Below, piece after piece: positions 9,632 to 19,523 of a DNA stretch of 64,000 nt. The stretch spans positions 1,792,001-1,856,000 of the forward strand of contig OZ244720.1 in the NCBI GenBank assembly GCA_965219085.1, read 5' to 3'. The number at the start of each line of letters is the position of its first letter. Within the stretch, counting starts at the first letter, position 1. The notes beneath the pieces are model-generated. The model was given only the letters and a program-made list of their open reading frames with translations. It had not been told where the DNA came from and made no database searches. The position numbers were made by a program, and so were the translations under genes. The stretch is from Dehalococcoidia bacterium (GTDB lineage Bacteria; Chloroflexota; Dehalococcoidia; UBA2979).

Positions 9632-10855
9632 TCAAGCAGCGAGGTCCTCGTGGGTGTAACGGTGTCCCCAGGCGGTCGTCTCGTCGTAGGGCAAGCGGCG
9701 CTTCAGGCAGCCATGTAGGTAGCCGACGAGACGGTTGCCGAGGGCGCGGAGCGCCTGGTGGTGGAGGTCGCCCGCGGCGCGCCGCCGATCGTAGAACTCG
9801 CGGCAGCCGGGGCTGGCCTGCAGGGAGCACAGCGCCCACTGGTCGACTGCGTCGTAGAGGCGCCGGTTGCGGACGAAGCGGGCTTTCACGGTGTGCTTGC
9901 GGCCGGATGCTACCGTCAGCGGCGACGTGCCGGCGTAGTTCCTGCGGGACTTCGCCGACTCGTAGCGTTCGGGGTCATCCCCGAACTCGCCAAGCACCCG
10001 GGCGCCGAGGACCACGCCGAGACCGGGCAGGGAACGGTAGATACCGGCGTCCGGGTGCTGCTCAAAATGGCTCGCGAGCTCGGCCTCGAGCTCCTTGATC
10101 TGACGGTTGATCTCGCCGATCACCCTCATTGCCGCACTGGTGCTCGCGGCGAATGCCTTGCTCACCGCGGGCGGAGCCTCGAGCTGCGGTGAGCGCAGCG
10201 CGTCGCGGACCTCGGCGGCGCGCCGCTCGATGTTGCGCCGGCGGCCGCCGCGGCGCAGCGCGGAGCGGATCTGGGTGATGCTCAGCCGCGCCGCCTCGCG
10301 CGGGCCAGGCGCTGTCGCCAGCACGCCCACCGCGTCGTCGTGCGCGAGGTCGGGGAAGGCCTCCAGCGCACCCGGAAAGTACTCCCTGAGCGCGTTGCGC
10401 AGCCGGTTGGTCTGGCGGACGCGGTCCCAGATCAACTGCTGGTGGGCGCGGGCGAGGATGCGCACCGCGGCGGCTTCGTCGCTGTCGCCGGCGACCTCCC
10501 GGTGGTTGTGCCGGTCGGTGCGGACGAGGTCGGCGAGCAGCTTCGCGTCGCCGGCGTCGGACTTGGCGCCGCCGACGTGGTGGCGGTCGCGGTAACGCGA
10601 CGCCGAGCGCGGGTTGATGGCGTAGACGTGGTAGCCGGCCGCGAGCAGTGCCGCGACCCAGGGGCCGCGGTCCGTCTCGATGCCGACGATCACCTCACCC
10701 GGTCCTGAGGCGTACCCGGCGACCAGTCCGTGCAGGGCAGTGATGCCCTCCACCCCTTCGGGCAGACGCCGGGCGGCGAGCCGCTCGCCCGCGTCGTTCA
10801 TGAGATGGACGTCGTGGTGGTCTTCGGACCAGTCATCGCCCAGGTACAAGGCCAT
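9632..10855 (-). CDS. IS110-family DEDD recombinase (transposase)
   Basis: LGDDWS, GIETD, KSDAGDA, SLPGLG, YAGTSP..ASG motifs. Confidence 0.93.
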   Translation of the reverse strand: MALYLGDDWSEDHHDVHLMNDAGERLAARRLPEGVEGITALHGLVAGYASGPGEVIVGIETDRGPWVAALLAAGYHVYAINPRSASRYRDRHHVGGAKSDAGDAKLLADLVRTDRHNHREVAGDSDEAAAVRILARAHQQLIWDRVRQTNRLRNALREYFPGALEAFPDLAHDDAVGVLATAPGPREAARLSITQIRSALRRGGRRRNIERRAAEVRDALRSPQLEAPPAVSKAFAASTSAAMRVIGEINRQIKELEAELASHFEQHPDAGIYRSLPGLGVVLGARVLGEFGDDPERYESAKSRRNYAGTSPLTVASGRKHTVKARFVRNRRLYDAVDQWALCSLQASPGCREFYDRRRAAGDLHHQALRALGNRLVGYLHGCLKRRLPYDETTAWGHRYTHEDLAA

Positions 10856-10879
10856 CGTGTTTCAGTTCCTCTCCCGCTT

Positions 10880-11100
10880 CGCGCTGCTCGGTGCGACCCG
10901 GCGGGTTGGTTCCTGCGACGGCCTAATGGATCAGTGCTCGATGGCACGACACCCCATGAGTGCTGCAGAACAACCCGGAATACCAGCAGGGGCTCGGTCT
11001 TCGTGAAGCGGTCCAGAAGCCGCAGGGATCAGCTGAGAGCTCACCGGCTGGGCAGGGTCCAGAACCAGTCTGCCAGAGAACCTCTGGCCGCTGGTCGGGC
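10880..11100 (-). ncRNA. Putative bridge RNA (ends approximate)
   Basis: Minus strand in order: CTGATCCCT (11032-11024), hairpin, CACGAAG (11005-10999), TGGGGTGTC (10956-10948), hairpin, CCATTAG (10929-10923); these match target-left, target-right, donor-left and donor-right. Confidence 0.8.
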
Positions 11101-11541
11101 CCCATTAGGGGTCGGGGCAGACGGCGAAGCTCAGCTACATGGGCCATCTGCTCACCGAGAACCGTCACGGTCTGGTGCTGGACGTGGAGTTGACCGAGGC
11201 GAACGGGTACGCCGAGCGCGAGGCGGCGGTCACGATGCTGGAGCGCAGCGTGAGCGGCTGCGGGACGCTGGGCGCCGACCGCGGCTACGACACGCGCGGC
11301 TTCGTGGCGGCGCTGCGCGCTCGCGGCGTGACGCCGCACGTGGCGCAGCACGACCGCGGCCGCCGCAGCGCCGTGGATGGGCGCACCACGCGGCATCGCG
11401 GCTACAGGCAGAGTCAGAAGCGGCGCAAGATCGTGGAGCAGGTCTTCGGCTGGATGAAGACCGTGGGCGGCGGGCGCAAGCTGCGTTTCGTGGGCCGCGA
11501 GCGCAACCGCTGTTGGCTGGAGCTCACCGCCGCCGCCTACA

Positions 11542-13176
11542 CCCGAATCCACCGATCGAAGCTTGACGGGGCGGGATGCCGGGCTGCCGGAGAGTTCGGC
11601 GGGCGTGCCGGTGTTCGCGGGGCGGGCCGGAGCCAGGAGCGGTCGCTCAGCGCAGCTCGGGGGCGCTGAGGGCGCGGGCGCAAGGCGTGCGCGGGCATGC
11701 TGGCGCGAGCCTCGGAGGGGGGCCGGCGCTGTGAGCGGTCGTCAGGCCGGGAGCGGTAACGCCCGTAGTCGCGCGAGCGCGGCTGCCAGCTGCCCGGCCC
11801 AGGGCCAGCGCCTGGGGAGGTGCAGGGTCCAGCGCCGGGCCGAGTGGGTGAGCCGTCCGGCGAGGGCGAAATAGCGCCGCCTGAGCGTCCTGGTGGTGAC
11901 GATTCCCTCGCCGAGCCCGAGCCGCGCCGTCCAGCGGGCGAGGTGTGCGCGATCACCTGCACCGCGAGCCATGCCGCGTTCGCGGCGAAGCGGCCCGAGG
12001 GGAGATGGTTGAGCCCGACGCCGTACTTGAGGTCGCGGATCGCGTTCTCGATCTCGGCGTGACGGCGATGGTCGGTCTCGAGCTCCAGCAGCTCCCCCGC
12101 GCGGTCGCTGATGAAGGCGTGGTAGCTGTACGTCGCGAAGAGCGCGAGCTGTGAGCCGGGCGTCGGCTGGACGCGCCGCACGATGAGCCGCACCGGGGTG
12201 GCGTCCTTCGCGTGCCGGAACGGGGTGTAGGTCGTCTCGGCGACAGCGGCGCCGCCCGGCAGCCAGTACGGGATCGGCGTCCAGTCCGCTTCCGGGATCG
12301 CCTCGATCAGCGTGCGTACGTTCGGTTGCTGGCGAATCGTGACCGAGAAGCGGACATCCAGCGCGCGGCAGACGGCGACGACAGCGTGGTTGTAGAAGCC
12401 GCTGTCGGCGCGCACCGTGAGCTGCCCGCTCGCCCCGGCGTCGCGCACCCGCGCCACCGTCTCACGCAGGAAGTGGGCGGCGCCGCGGGCAGTGTTGGCG
12501 CGGCCCTCGCGCAGCCGCGCCATCAGCACGTCACCCGTCCCGGCCGCAACGGCGAGCAGCGGGTGGTAGCCGTGCACGCCCGTGTAGCCGTGGTGGCGGG
12601 CGCCCTCCTTGGCCAGGCCGTAGGTCTCACAGATCGTCGAGTCGAGGTCGATCGTGAACGGCGCCGCGCCGGGTCCCGCCCCGGCCGCCCATGCGCGGGC
12701 GAGCAATGCGCGGCTGAGGCGGTCGAGCTGGCGGACGTGGCCCCAGCGGAAGCTGCGCAGGAAGGTCCCGAGGGTGGACGGCGCCTTGACCGTGCAACCC
12801 AGCACGCTCGCCGTCCCGCCGGCGCGCAACGCATCGGCGTCGTCGATGCAGTCACCGCCCGCGAGCGCCGAGGCGATGAGGGTCAGCAGCTTGTCGCCGG
12901 CGTTCGCCCGGCCCGGCGCGTCACCGAGGTCGACGCAGCTGTCGGCGAGCTCTTGCAGACCGAGATGCTGGGCGAGCGTGGCCGGGAGCAGCAGGCCCGC
13001 GTGGTCCACGAGGCGGTCGTCATCGAAGGCGATGTCTATCCGGTCGGGGTCGCTCGTTGGTAGCATCGAATGGGTGCTCCCTGTGGCTGTGACGTGATTC
13101 GGCAAAACCCATTGTCCCAGCTACAGCGGAGCACCCAACCGCAGCCGCTCGCACGCCCTTCTTCGGTGGATCAAGG
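11542..13176 (-). mobile_element. IS1380-family insertion sequence
   Basis: IRs CCCGAATCCACCGA / TCGGTGGATCAAGG; 5-bp target duplication CTACA (11537-41, 13177-81). Confidence 0.92.
11742..13066 (-). pseudogene. IS1380 transposase with a frameshift near 11945
   Basis: IDLDST, GYHPL, VRADSGF, HRRHAEIENAIRDLK motifs; the C-terminus (LARW...TLRRRYFALAGRLTHSARR) continues in another frame. Confidence 0.85.
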
Positions 13177-13508
13177 CTACAACCTCGTGCGCATGGCCAC
13201 GCTCGAGACCGCCGCGGCGTAGGCGCAGTGCGCCCTCCGCCCCGCCAGGGAGCCCTCAGAGGCCCCCGGGGGCCGGTCAGGAGGCCACGATCACGAACCC
13301 GGAGGCGGCTTGAAGCCGCCTCTCGCCACTCCGAGACCCCGGAAGGCGCTTCTTCAGCACCCTGCTAGCTCCGCCTGGCACGCCCCGTGCCGCCGTCATG
13401 TGGGGGCTCGTCGTCCCCGTCGCCGAGGTCAGGCAACCTCGATCGACGGCGATGCCTCGCGGCACGAAGGTGCGGGGGATCCGTCGCTCGGCGGCGACCG
13501 GTGGCGCC

Positions 13509-13690
13509 TCAGCCCCGAGCTTTGCGGGAGCGCGCGCCGTACATGATGCTCCCGTAGTAGCTGAATGACCGCCGTGCCTCGGCGTCCGCGAACGGATAGT
13601 CCGCGCCGAGCTGCCTCGCGGCGGCGAGCCCACTCACGAGGCAGGTTTCCTGACTGCTGATCAGCGTATGCGCGCCGCAGTGGGAGGTCG
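13509..13690 (-). pseudogene. Probable C-terminal remnant of an FAD-dependent oxidoreductase
   Basis: CGAHTLISSQETCLVSGLAAARQLGADYPF looks like a flavoprotein C-terminus; no N-terminal part present. Confidence 0.35.
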
Positions 13691-13795
13691 GCGATGAGGC
13701 GATTGCCGCGAGCGCTCGCGCGAGGCGCTCCCAGCCGCGAAGATGAAGCGACCACCGCGTACAGCCATCGCCACCGGAAGACCTCGCACCCACGC

Positions 13796-15748
13796 ATGAT
13801 CACGATCAACGACGTCACGATGCGCTTCGGCGGACAGCTCCTCTACGAGGGCGTCAACTGGCAGCTCCGGCCCGGCGGCCACTACGGCCTCGTCGGGGCG
13901 AACGGCTCCGGCAAGTCCACGCTGATTCGGCTCATGACCGGCGAACTCACACCGGACGCGGGCGCCATCGTCCAGCCGGCCGCGCTCCGCCTCGGCACGC
14001 TCGGCCAGGACCAGTTCCGGTTCAACGAGATGCGGCTGATCGACGTCGTGCTCATGGGCCGCCCCCAACTCTGGACCGCCATCGAGGAGCGGACGCGGCT
14101 GCTTGGCGCGTCCACGGAGACCCGGCCCGCGGAGACACTGACCGCCGAGGCCGGTGAGCGCCTCGCCGACCTCGAGCTGACGATCGCCGAGTTGCACGGG
14201 TACGAGGCGGAACCGCAGGCGGCCGCGCTGCTCGTCGGCCTCGGCATTGAACACGCGCGCCACGAGCGGCCGATGCGCGAGCTGTCGGGCGGCTTCCGGC
14301 TGCGCGTGCTGCTGGCGCAGGTGCTCTTCGGACAGCCCGACGTGCTGCTGCTCGACGAGCCGACGAACCACCTCGACATCGCCTCGATCCAGTGGCTCGA
14401 GGGCTACCTGCGCGAGTTCGCGGGCGCCTTCGTGGTCGTCTCGCACGACCGCCACTTCCTCAACGCCGTGTGCGACACGATCGCAGACCTCGACTACTCC
14501 GAGCTGCGGCTCTACACCGGCGACTACGACGCGTTCGAGCGCGCCAAGCACCTCACCGTCACCCAGAAGGACGCCGAGATCGCGCGCGCCGAGGGACGCA
14601 TCGAGGAGATGCAGCAGTTCATCGACCGCTTCCGCGCGAAGGCCACCAAGGCTCGCCAGGCATCCGCCCGCAAGAAGCAGGTCGAGAAGATCGAGATGCC
14701 CGAGGTCCGCCGCAGCTCGCGGCGCGCGCCCGGCTTCGCGTTCGGCCAGCGGCGCCCCTCGGGCCGCACGCCGCTGCGCGTCGCGGGCCTGGCGAAGAGC
14801 TACAACGGGCAGGCCGTGCTCGACGATGTCTCGTTCGAGTTGGAGCGCGGCGACCGGCTCGCGGTCGTCGGGCCCAACGGCGTCGGCAAGTCGACGCTGC
14901 TCAGGGTGGTCAGCGGCATCATCGAGGCCGACGGCGGTACGTCTGAGTTCGGCTACGAGACGCACCTCGGCTACTTCGCGCAGGATGTCGGCGACGAGTT
15001 GCACGGCGAGCAGCCCGTCCTCGACTGGCTGGGCGGCGCCAGCGGCGAGGCCGACCTCGGCAAGCTGCGCGCGGCCCTCGGCCGCGTGCTCTTCAGCGGC
15101 GACGACGTGCACAAGCGGATCGGGAGCCTCAGCGGCGGGGAAGCCGCGCGGCTACTGCTGGCCGCGCTGATGCTGCGCCGGCCGAACCTGCTCGTCCTCG
15201 ACGAGCCCACCAACCACCTCGACCTCGAGGGCCGCGAGGCGCTGATGCACGCGCTCCGCGACTACCCGGGCACGCTCGTCTTCGTCAGCCACGACCGTCA
15301 CTTCGTCTCCAACGTCGGGACCCGTGTGCTGGTGCTGCGCCCCGATGGCTTCGAGGACGTGGCGGGCGCCTACGAGGAGTACCTCGAACGCCGCGGCGGC
15401 GACTTCCTGTCGACCAGCATCGCCGCGCCGCGGACCCGGCGGAGCGGGAACGGCGCAGGCAAACAGCACGGCAGGCACGCTCGGGCCGCGAGCAAGGAGC
15501 AGCGCCGGCGCCAGGCGCGGCTCGCTCGCCGCGTCGAGGAGCTGGAGCGCGAGATCGCCGAGGTCGAGGCGCAACTGGCCCCGATCGCCGCGCGCTTCGC
15601 CAACAACGACTACTACTCGCGCGTCTCGCTCGACGAGATCCGCGCCGACGAGGGCCGCCAGATCGAGTTGCAGACCCGCCTCGACGCCGCGATGCAGGCG
15701 TGGGAGGCCGCGGCACACCAACTCGAAGCCACCGAGGCGCCGGTCTAA
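13796..15748 (+). CDS. ABC-F family ATP-binding protein (ribosome-associated)
   Basis: Two NBDs (GANGSGKST/LSGG/LLDEPTNHLD; GPNGVGKST/LSGGE/LDEPTNHLD), no TM segments, C-terminal coiled coil. Confidence 0.93.
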   Translation: MITINDVTMRFGGQLLYEGVNWQLRPGGHYGLVGANGSGKSTLIRLMTGELTPDAGAIVQPAALRLGTLGQDQFRFNEMRLIDVVLMGRPQLWTAIEERTRLLGASTETRPAETLTAEAGERLADLELTIAELHGYEAEPQAAALLVGLGIEHARHERPMRELSGGFRLRVLLAQVLFGQPDVLLLDEPTNHLDIASIQWLEGYLREFAGAFVVVSHDRHFLNAVCDTIADLDYSELRLYTGDYDAFERAKHLTVTQKDAEIARAEGRIEEMQQFIDRFRAKATKARQASARKKQVEKIEMPEVRRSSRRAPGFAFGQRRPSGRTPLRVAGLAKSYNGQAVLDDVSFELERGDRLAVVGPNGVGKSTLLRVVSGIIEADGGTSEFGYETHLGYFAQDVGDELHGEQPVLDWLGGASGEADLGKLRAALGRVLFSGDDVHKRIGSLSGGEAARLLLAALMLRRPNLLVLDEPTNHLDLEGREALMHALRDYPGTLVFVSHDRHFVSNVGTRVLVLRPDGFEDVAGAYEEYLERRGGDFLSTSIAAPRTRRSGNGAGKQHGRHARAASKEQRRRQARLARRVEELEREIAEVEAQLAPIAARFANNDYYSRVSLDEIRADEGRQIELQTRLDAAMQAWEAAAHQLEATEAPV

Positions 15749-15780
15749 CGTCCGGGGCGCCAGCAGCTCGCCCACGCCGG

Positions 15781-16305
15781 TTAGTCCCCTGGCCAGCGCT
15801 CCCCGTCAACCTCGAGGTACTTGATGCGGGCGACACCGTCCCGCGATACCGCGATGTGGACGTCCGGCGGCACCGGCAGCACGCCCGTGCCCTGGGGCAC
15901 GAAGTACTCGCCCAGATCGGGATACTCGACGCGGAGCGGCTCCTCGTGGACGACGCGCGCACGGATCGCGACTCGCCCGCGGTCCCACTCGTCCCGCGCT
16001 GGGTTCCGGGCGCCGAGGGCTGTCGGCTCCCAGTAGCGGCCCCGCTGCTCGAAGGTCACGTAGACCTCCTCGCCAACTCGCGGTCGGGCGCCGGGCAGGC
16101 CGTCCACTTCCTCGGCGCGGTAGCGGAGGATCACGTAGTCGCCGCGGAGCGGATCACGCGGGTCGACCGGGAGTGACTCGAGCACGATCTCGACGCCTGT
16201 CTGACGCCGTTCTTCGATGAAGATGACGCCGAGCACCAGCGCGACCTGCAGCCCGACAATCAGCGCGAAGATCGCGAGCCGGCGCCGGCCGATCAGCGCG
16301 CGCAT
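15781..16305 (-). CDS. GDYXXLXY domain membrane-anchored protein
   Basis: PVDPRDPLRGDYVILRY motif, N-terminal TM, YFVPQG. Confidence 0.88.
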   Translation of the reverse strand: MRALIGRRRLAIFALIVGLQVALVLGVIFIEERRQTGVEIVLESLPVDPRDPLRGDYVILRYRAEEVDGLPGARPRVGEEVYVTFEQRGRYWEPTALGARNPARDEWDRGRVAIRARVVHEEPLRVEYPDLGEYFVPQGTGVLPVPPDVHIAVSRDGVARIKYLEVDGERWPGD

Positions 16306-16306
16306 C

Positions 16307-17539
16307 TCAGCCACCCACCTGGGCGTCACCGGCCGGCGCACTTATGCGCCGGCTGAGCCGGCGTCGGCTCAGCTCGATCAGGAAGGCGAGCACGAGGAAG
16401 AGCAGACCGGCGCCCGCGAACACCGCTCCGGTCTGGGCGTAGTCGCTGAAGAGATCGAAGTACCTCGACAGGATGAACAGGCCGAGGAAGACCAGCGCGG
16501 CGTTGACCCACGACTCCCGCTGCAACGCGAGTCCAAGCCAGACGATCGAGCCGGCCAGCAGGCATGCCCCCAGCCAGTAGCCGATCGTCGTGAGGATGAA
16601 CTCCCCCTCCGCGTAGCCCCGGGGATAGAGCGCCGCCACGAGCGTCCAGATCAGCAGCAGCAGCAGCGTCAGCTGACCCAGCAACAGGGCCGGACGCAGC
16701 CGATCACCGACCGGCGGCCAGCCGAGACGCGCTTCGGCCCGCATGCCGGTCGCCAGCAGCGCCGGAACCACGAGGACCATCGGCGCAAGCAGGAGCAGGG
16801 CGGCGGGGACGAGGGACACCGCGCTCTCGATGTCGAAGTGGCGGTAGAAGCCGAGCAGGTAGACGGCGCCGGCGATCAAGATCCCGCCGACCAGTTCGGC
16901 GGGGGGCGAGAGTGGCGCGAATGCGCTGCGCCTCTGGAGCGCGGAGACGGCGACCAGCCACGCACCGGCCCCGAGCAGCAGCAGCAAGATCGTCTCGCTC
17001 GCGGCTTCGAGCGGGGAGCCGGCTCGCTGGCTCTCCGCGATCAGCCACGCCGCAAACAGCACGGCCGCGACGAAGGCGTGGCTGCGCGAGACGAAGAGGT
17101 AGGCGAACGCGATCGCCGAGCCGAGCACCGGCAACAGCAGCGGCGCGGGATTGAACGCGATGTGGTACTGCTGGCTGATCAGCGCGAGGTTGCCGAGGAG
17201 CACGCCGGTGCCGAGGAGCAGCAGCGCCTCGCCGGTGCGCACCAGCCCGAGCGGTCCGTTGCGTACCCAGTATCCGCCGGCGTTGCAGGCGATCAGCAGC
17301 GCGATCCCCGTGGCCAGCTTCGGCAGTGTCCCGATCTGGTCCCAGTTCTGCGAGATCACGAGCACGAGCCCGAGGACGACGAGTGCAGCCCCGAGCACCG
17401 CCAGGATGGTGACGAGGCGAGGCCCGCGGTCGGATGCCGCGGCTTCGAAGTCGAGGATCTGTTGACGCTGATCGGCCGAGACGATCCCGGCGTCTACCCA
17501 TCCCGCCGTCCGGCGCTCGAGTCCCCCGCGCAACGGCAT
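16307..17539 (-). CDS. DUF2157-type multi-pass membrane protein
   Basis: W..AGIVSADQ, ISQNW, LALISQQYH motifs; usual partner of GDYXXLXY proteins. Confidence 0.82.
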   Translation of the reverse strand: MPLRGGLERRTAGWVDAGIVSADQRQQILDFEAAASDRGPRLVTILAVLGAALVVLGLVLVISQNWDQIGTLPKLATGIALLIACNAGGYWVRNGPLGLVRTGEALLLLGTGVLLGNLALISQQYHIAFNPAPLLLPVLGSAIAFAYLFVSRSHAFVAAVLFAAWLIAESQRAGSPLEAASETILLLLLGAGAWLVAVSALQRRSAFAPLSPPAELVGGILIAGAVYLLGFYRHFDIESAVSLVPAALLLLAPMVLVVPALLATGMRAEARLGWPPVGDRLRPALLLGQLTLLLLLIWTLVAALYPRGYAEGEFILTTIGYWLGACLLAGSIVWLGLALQRESWVNAALVFLGLFILSRYFDLFSDYAQTGAVFAGAGLLFLVLAFLIELSRRRLSRRISAPAGDAQVGG

Positions 17540-17691
17540 GTCGCGTCTCCTCGCGCCCGGACAGCGGCGCACCGTGCGCTGATACCAGGCTCAGCATGCA
17601 CCGTACGCGGTCGTCGCGCCGCTGGGCGAGGCCGCGCCGGCGCCGCGGCACACATCAGTGGGGCGAGGGGGAGTGTGGATCGCTGCACGCT

Positions 17692-18290
17692 CTAGCGGCG
17701 GGAGGAGGGCGGGGTGAGCAGTGCGCCGCCGGCCTGGAACTCGTAACCCTCAGGCGGCCAGCGCGCGCCCGGCGTGATCTCGGTCGGGTCGACGTAGATG
17801 CCGCCGTCGCGAACCTCGACCGCGAGACGGTCGAGACCGCGCGGCGAGGGGCCGAAGACGCGCTGGCCCGCCATGTCGTAGGTCTCGCCGTGACAGGGGT
17901 TGCGGAACCATCCTGTCCTGCCGTCGAAGACGAAATCGGGACGGTACGCCACGGCGCAGCCAAGGTGGGGATCCTTGTCGAGGAGCGCCAGCAACTCGCC
18001 GTCGTCGAGACGAACGATGTGAAAGCCCGGGCGTCCGTCAAAGCCGCAGATGGCGGCGAAGGACGTGACCGTCCCCGGGGGGAACTGCTCGGCGCGGCCG
18101 GCATAGACGAGCCGATGCTCGTATACGGTCCACGGCCACGCGAAGTTCGCGGCCATCGCCACTCCGGCGGCGGCAAGCAGCGCCAGCAACGATACGAGGG
18201 CGAGCCGCTGCCGGCTGGGCGCGCTCCGCCTGCCCCGGTGCGTCCGCGACGGGGGCGGCAGACCGGTCTTCGGCGTCGGCGGTGCGTAGC
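17692..18290 (-). CDS. Membrane-anchored Rieske-like protein with non-canonical cluster boxes (start uncertain)
   Basis: TM helix, then DPHLGC...NPCHGETYD...G..VFGPSPRGL (Rieske fold signature); no clear in-frame ATG before the TM helix. Confidence 0.7.
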
Positions 18291-18392
18291 CATTCCCTAC
18301 ATAATACGCCGCACCATCGCGCGGAACCGCGACGTGGACGCGCTGTCCCCGGAGCCGCAGTGAGGCGGGTCGAGGCGCCTGGGAATGGCGGC

Positions 18393-19448
18393 TCAGGCCG
18401 CGCGCATCGACTCGAGCACACGGCCGGTGGCGGCGACCGCCGCGACGATGGCTGCGTCGTCGACGCCGAGGTGCGTGACCATCCGCAACCGCTGCGCGCC
18501 GGTCCCGCTGCACAGCACGCCCTCGGCGGCGAGGCGCTCGCGGAACTCGATCCCGTCCAGCGCGCCGTCGAGCTCGAAGAAGACGATGTTGGTGTCGGCG
18601 CCGGTGAGCTCCAGGGCGTTGCCCGCCAATCTCGAACTCGGGAGCGCGGCCAGCCCGTCGGCGAGGCGCGCCGCGCGCTCGTGATCCTCGGCGAGGCGCT
18701 CGACGTGGTGTTCGAGGGCGTGAAGCGCGCCGGCCGCGATCACGCCGGCCTGGCGCATCCCGCCGCCGAGCTGGCGGCGCAGCACGCGCGCACGGTCGAT
18801 GACCTCGCGAGGTCCCGTCAGCACGGAGCCGACGGGCGCGCCAAGGCCCTTGGAGAAGCAGAACGACACGGTGTCGGCGAGCGCGGCGATCGTGGCGGCG
18901 TCGGTCTCCAGCGCCAGCGCGGCGTTGAAGATGCGCGCGCCGTCGAGGTGCACGGCGGCGCCGGCGTCGCGCGCGACCTCGGCCACACCGCGCATGCTGT
19001 CGAGCGGTATGGCCGTGCCGCCGCAGCGGTTCTGCGTGTTCTCCAGGCACACCAGCGCGGTCCGAGGCGCCGAGCCGGGGGCGCGGATCAGCGGTCGCAG
19101 CTCGGCGGGCTCGATGCGGCCTCGGTCGTCATTGGGGACGCTGCGCAGGCTGATGCCGCCCAGCGCCGACGCGCCGACCGCCTCGTGGTGGAGGATGTGC
19201 GACTCCGAACCGACGACGGCTTCGTCGCCGCGGCCGCAGTGCACGAGCAGCGCGAGCAGGTTCGCCATCGTGCCGCTTGGCACGTAGAGCGCGGCCTCCT
19301 TCCCGACACGCTCGGCCGAGGCCTCCTCGAGGCGCTGCACCGTCGGGTCGTCGCCCAGCACGTCGTCACCGACCTCGGCGCGCGCCATCGCGTGGCGCAT
19401 CGCGTCGGTGGGCTGGGTGACCGTGTCGGATCGCAAGTCGATGACCAT
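18393..19448 (-). CDS. ltaE: Low-specificity L-threonine aldolase (PLP)
   Basis: [40 protein letters not shown]. Confidence 0.92.
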   Translation of the reverse strand: MVIDLRSDTVTQPTDAMRHAMARAEVGDDVLGDDPTVQRLEEASAERVGKEAALYVPSGTMANLLALLVHCGRGDEAVVGSESHILHHEAVGASALGGISLRSVPNDDRGRIEPAELRPLIRAPGSAPRTALVCLENTQNRCGGTAIPLDSMRGVAEVARDAGAAVHLDGARIFNAALALETDAATIAALADTVSFCFSKGLGAPVGSVLTGPREVIDRARVLRRQLGGGMRQAGVIAAGALHALEHHVERLAEDHERAARLADGLAALPSSRLAGNALELTGADTNIVFFELDGALDGIEFRERLAAEGVLCSGTGAQRLRMVTHLGVDDAAIVAAVAATGRVLESMRAA

Positions 19449-19523
19449 GCCGAGCCTCCTGTCGCCCTCGGGCCGGGCCATGATGACCCGCTCGTGCCCT
19501 CCGTGACAGGACACCCTCGGGCG

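Larger units (their letters stand above)
9609..11108 (-). mobile_element. IS110-family element (IS110 group, CT core)
   Basis: Core AG (+)/CT (-) at 9609-10 and 11107-08; removal restores TAC ACG AAG GGG TCG GGG CAG in the IS5 ORF; ~250-bp non-coding left end. Confidence 0.9.
7468..13222 (+). pseudogene. IS5-family DDE transposase in four pieces: 7468-7940, 9481-9610, 11109-11541, 13182-13222
   Basis: Pieces join in frame (473+130+433+41=1077 bp): HFTVDGTLLEAWASLK|SYRP...TDPEARLYTK|GSGQTAKLSYMGH...GADRGYD...IVEQVFGW...AAAY|NLVRMATLETAAA*. Confidence 0.9.
7393..13365 (+). mobile_element. IS5-family insertion sequence interrupted by three nested IS
   Basis: Terminal IRs GCAGGGTGCTGAAAAAG (7393) and CTTCTTCAGCACCCTGC (ends 13365), flanked by TA/TA (alternatively imperfect GTAG/CTAG); transposase pieces in between. 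Confidence 0.88.

Noticed and set aside
11537-11741. C-terminal extension of the 522-aa IS1380 ORF
   Set aside because: Artefact of the frameshift; the true C-terminus is in the frame ending at 11742
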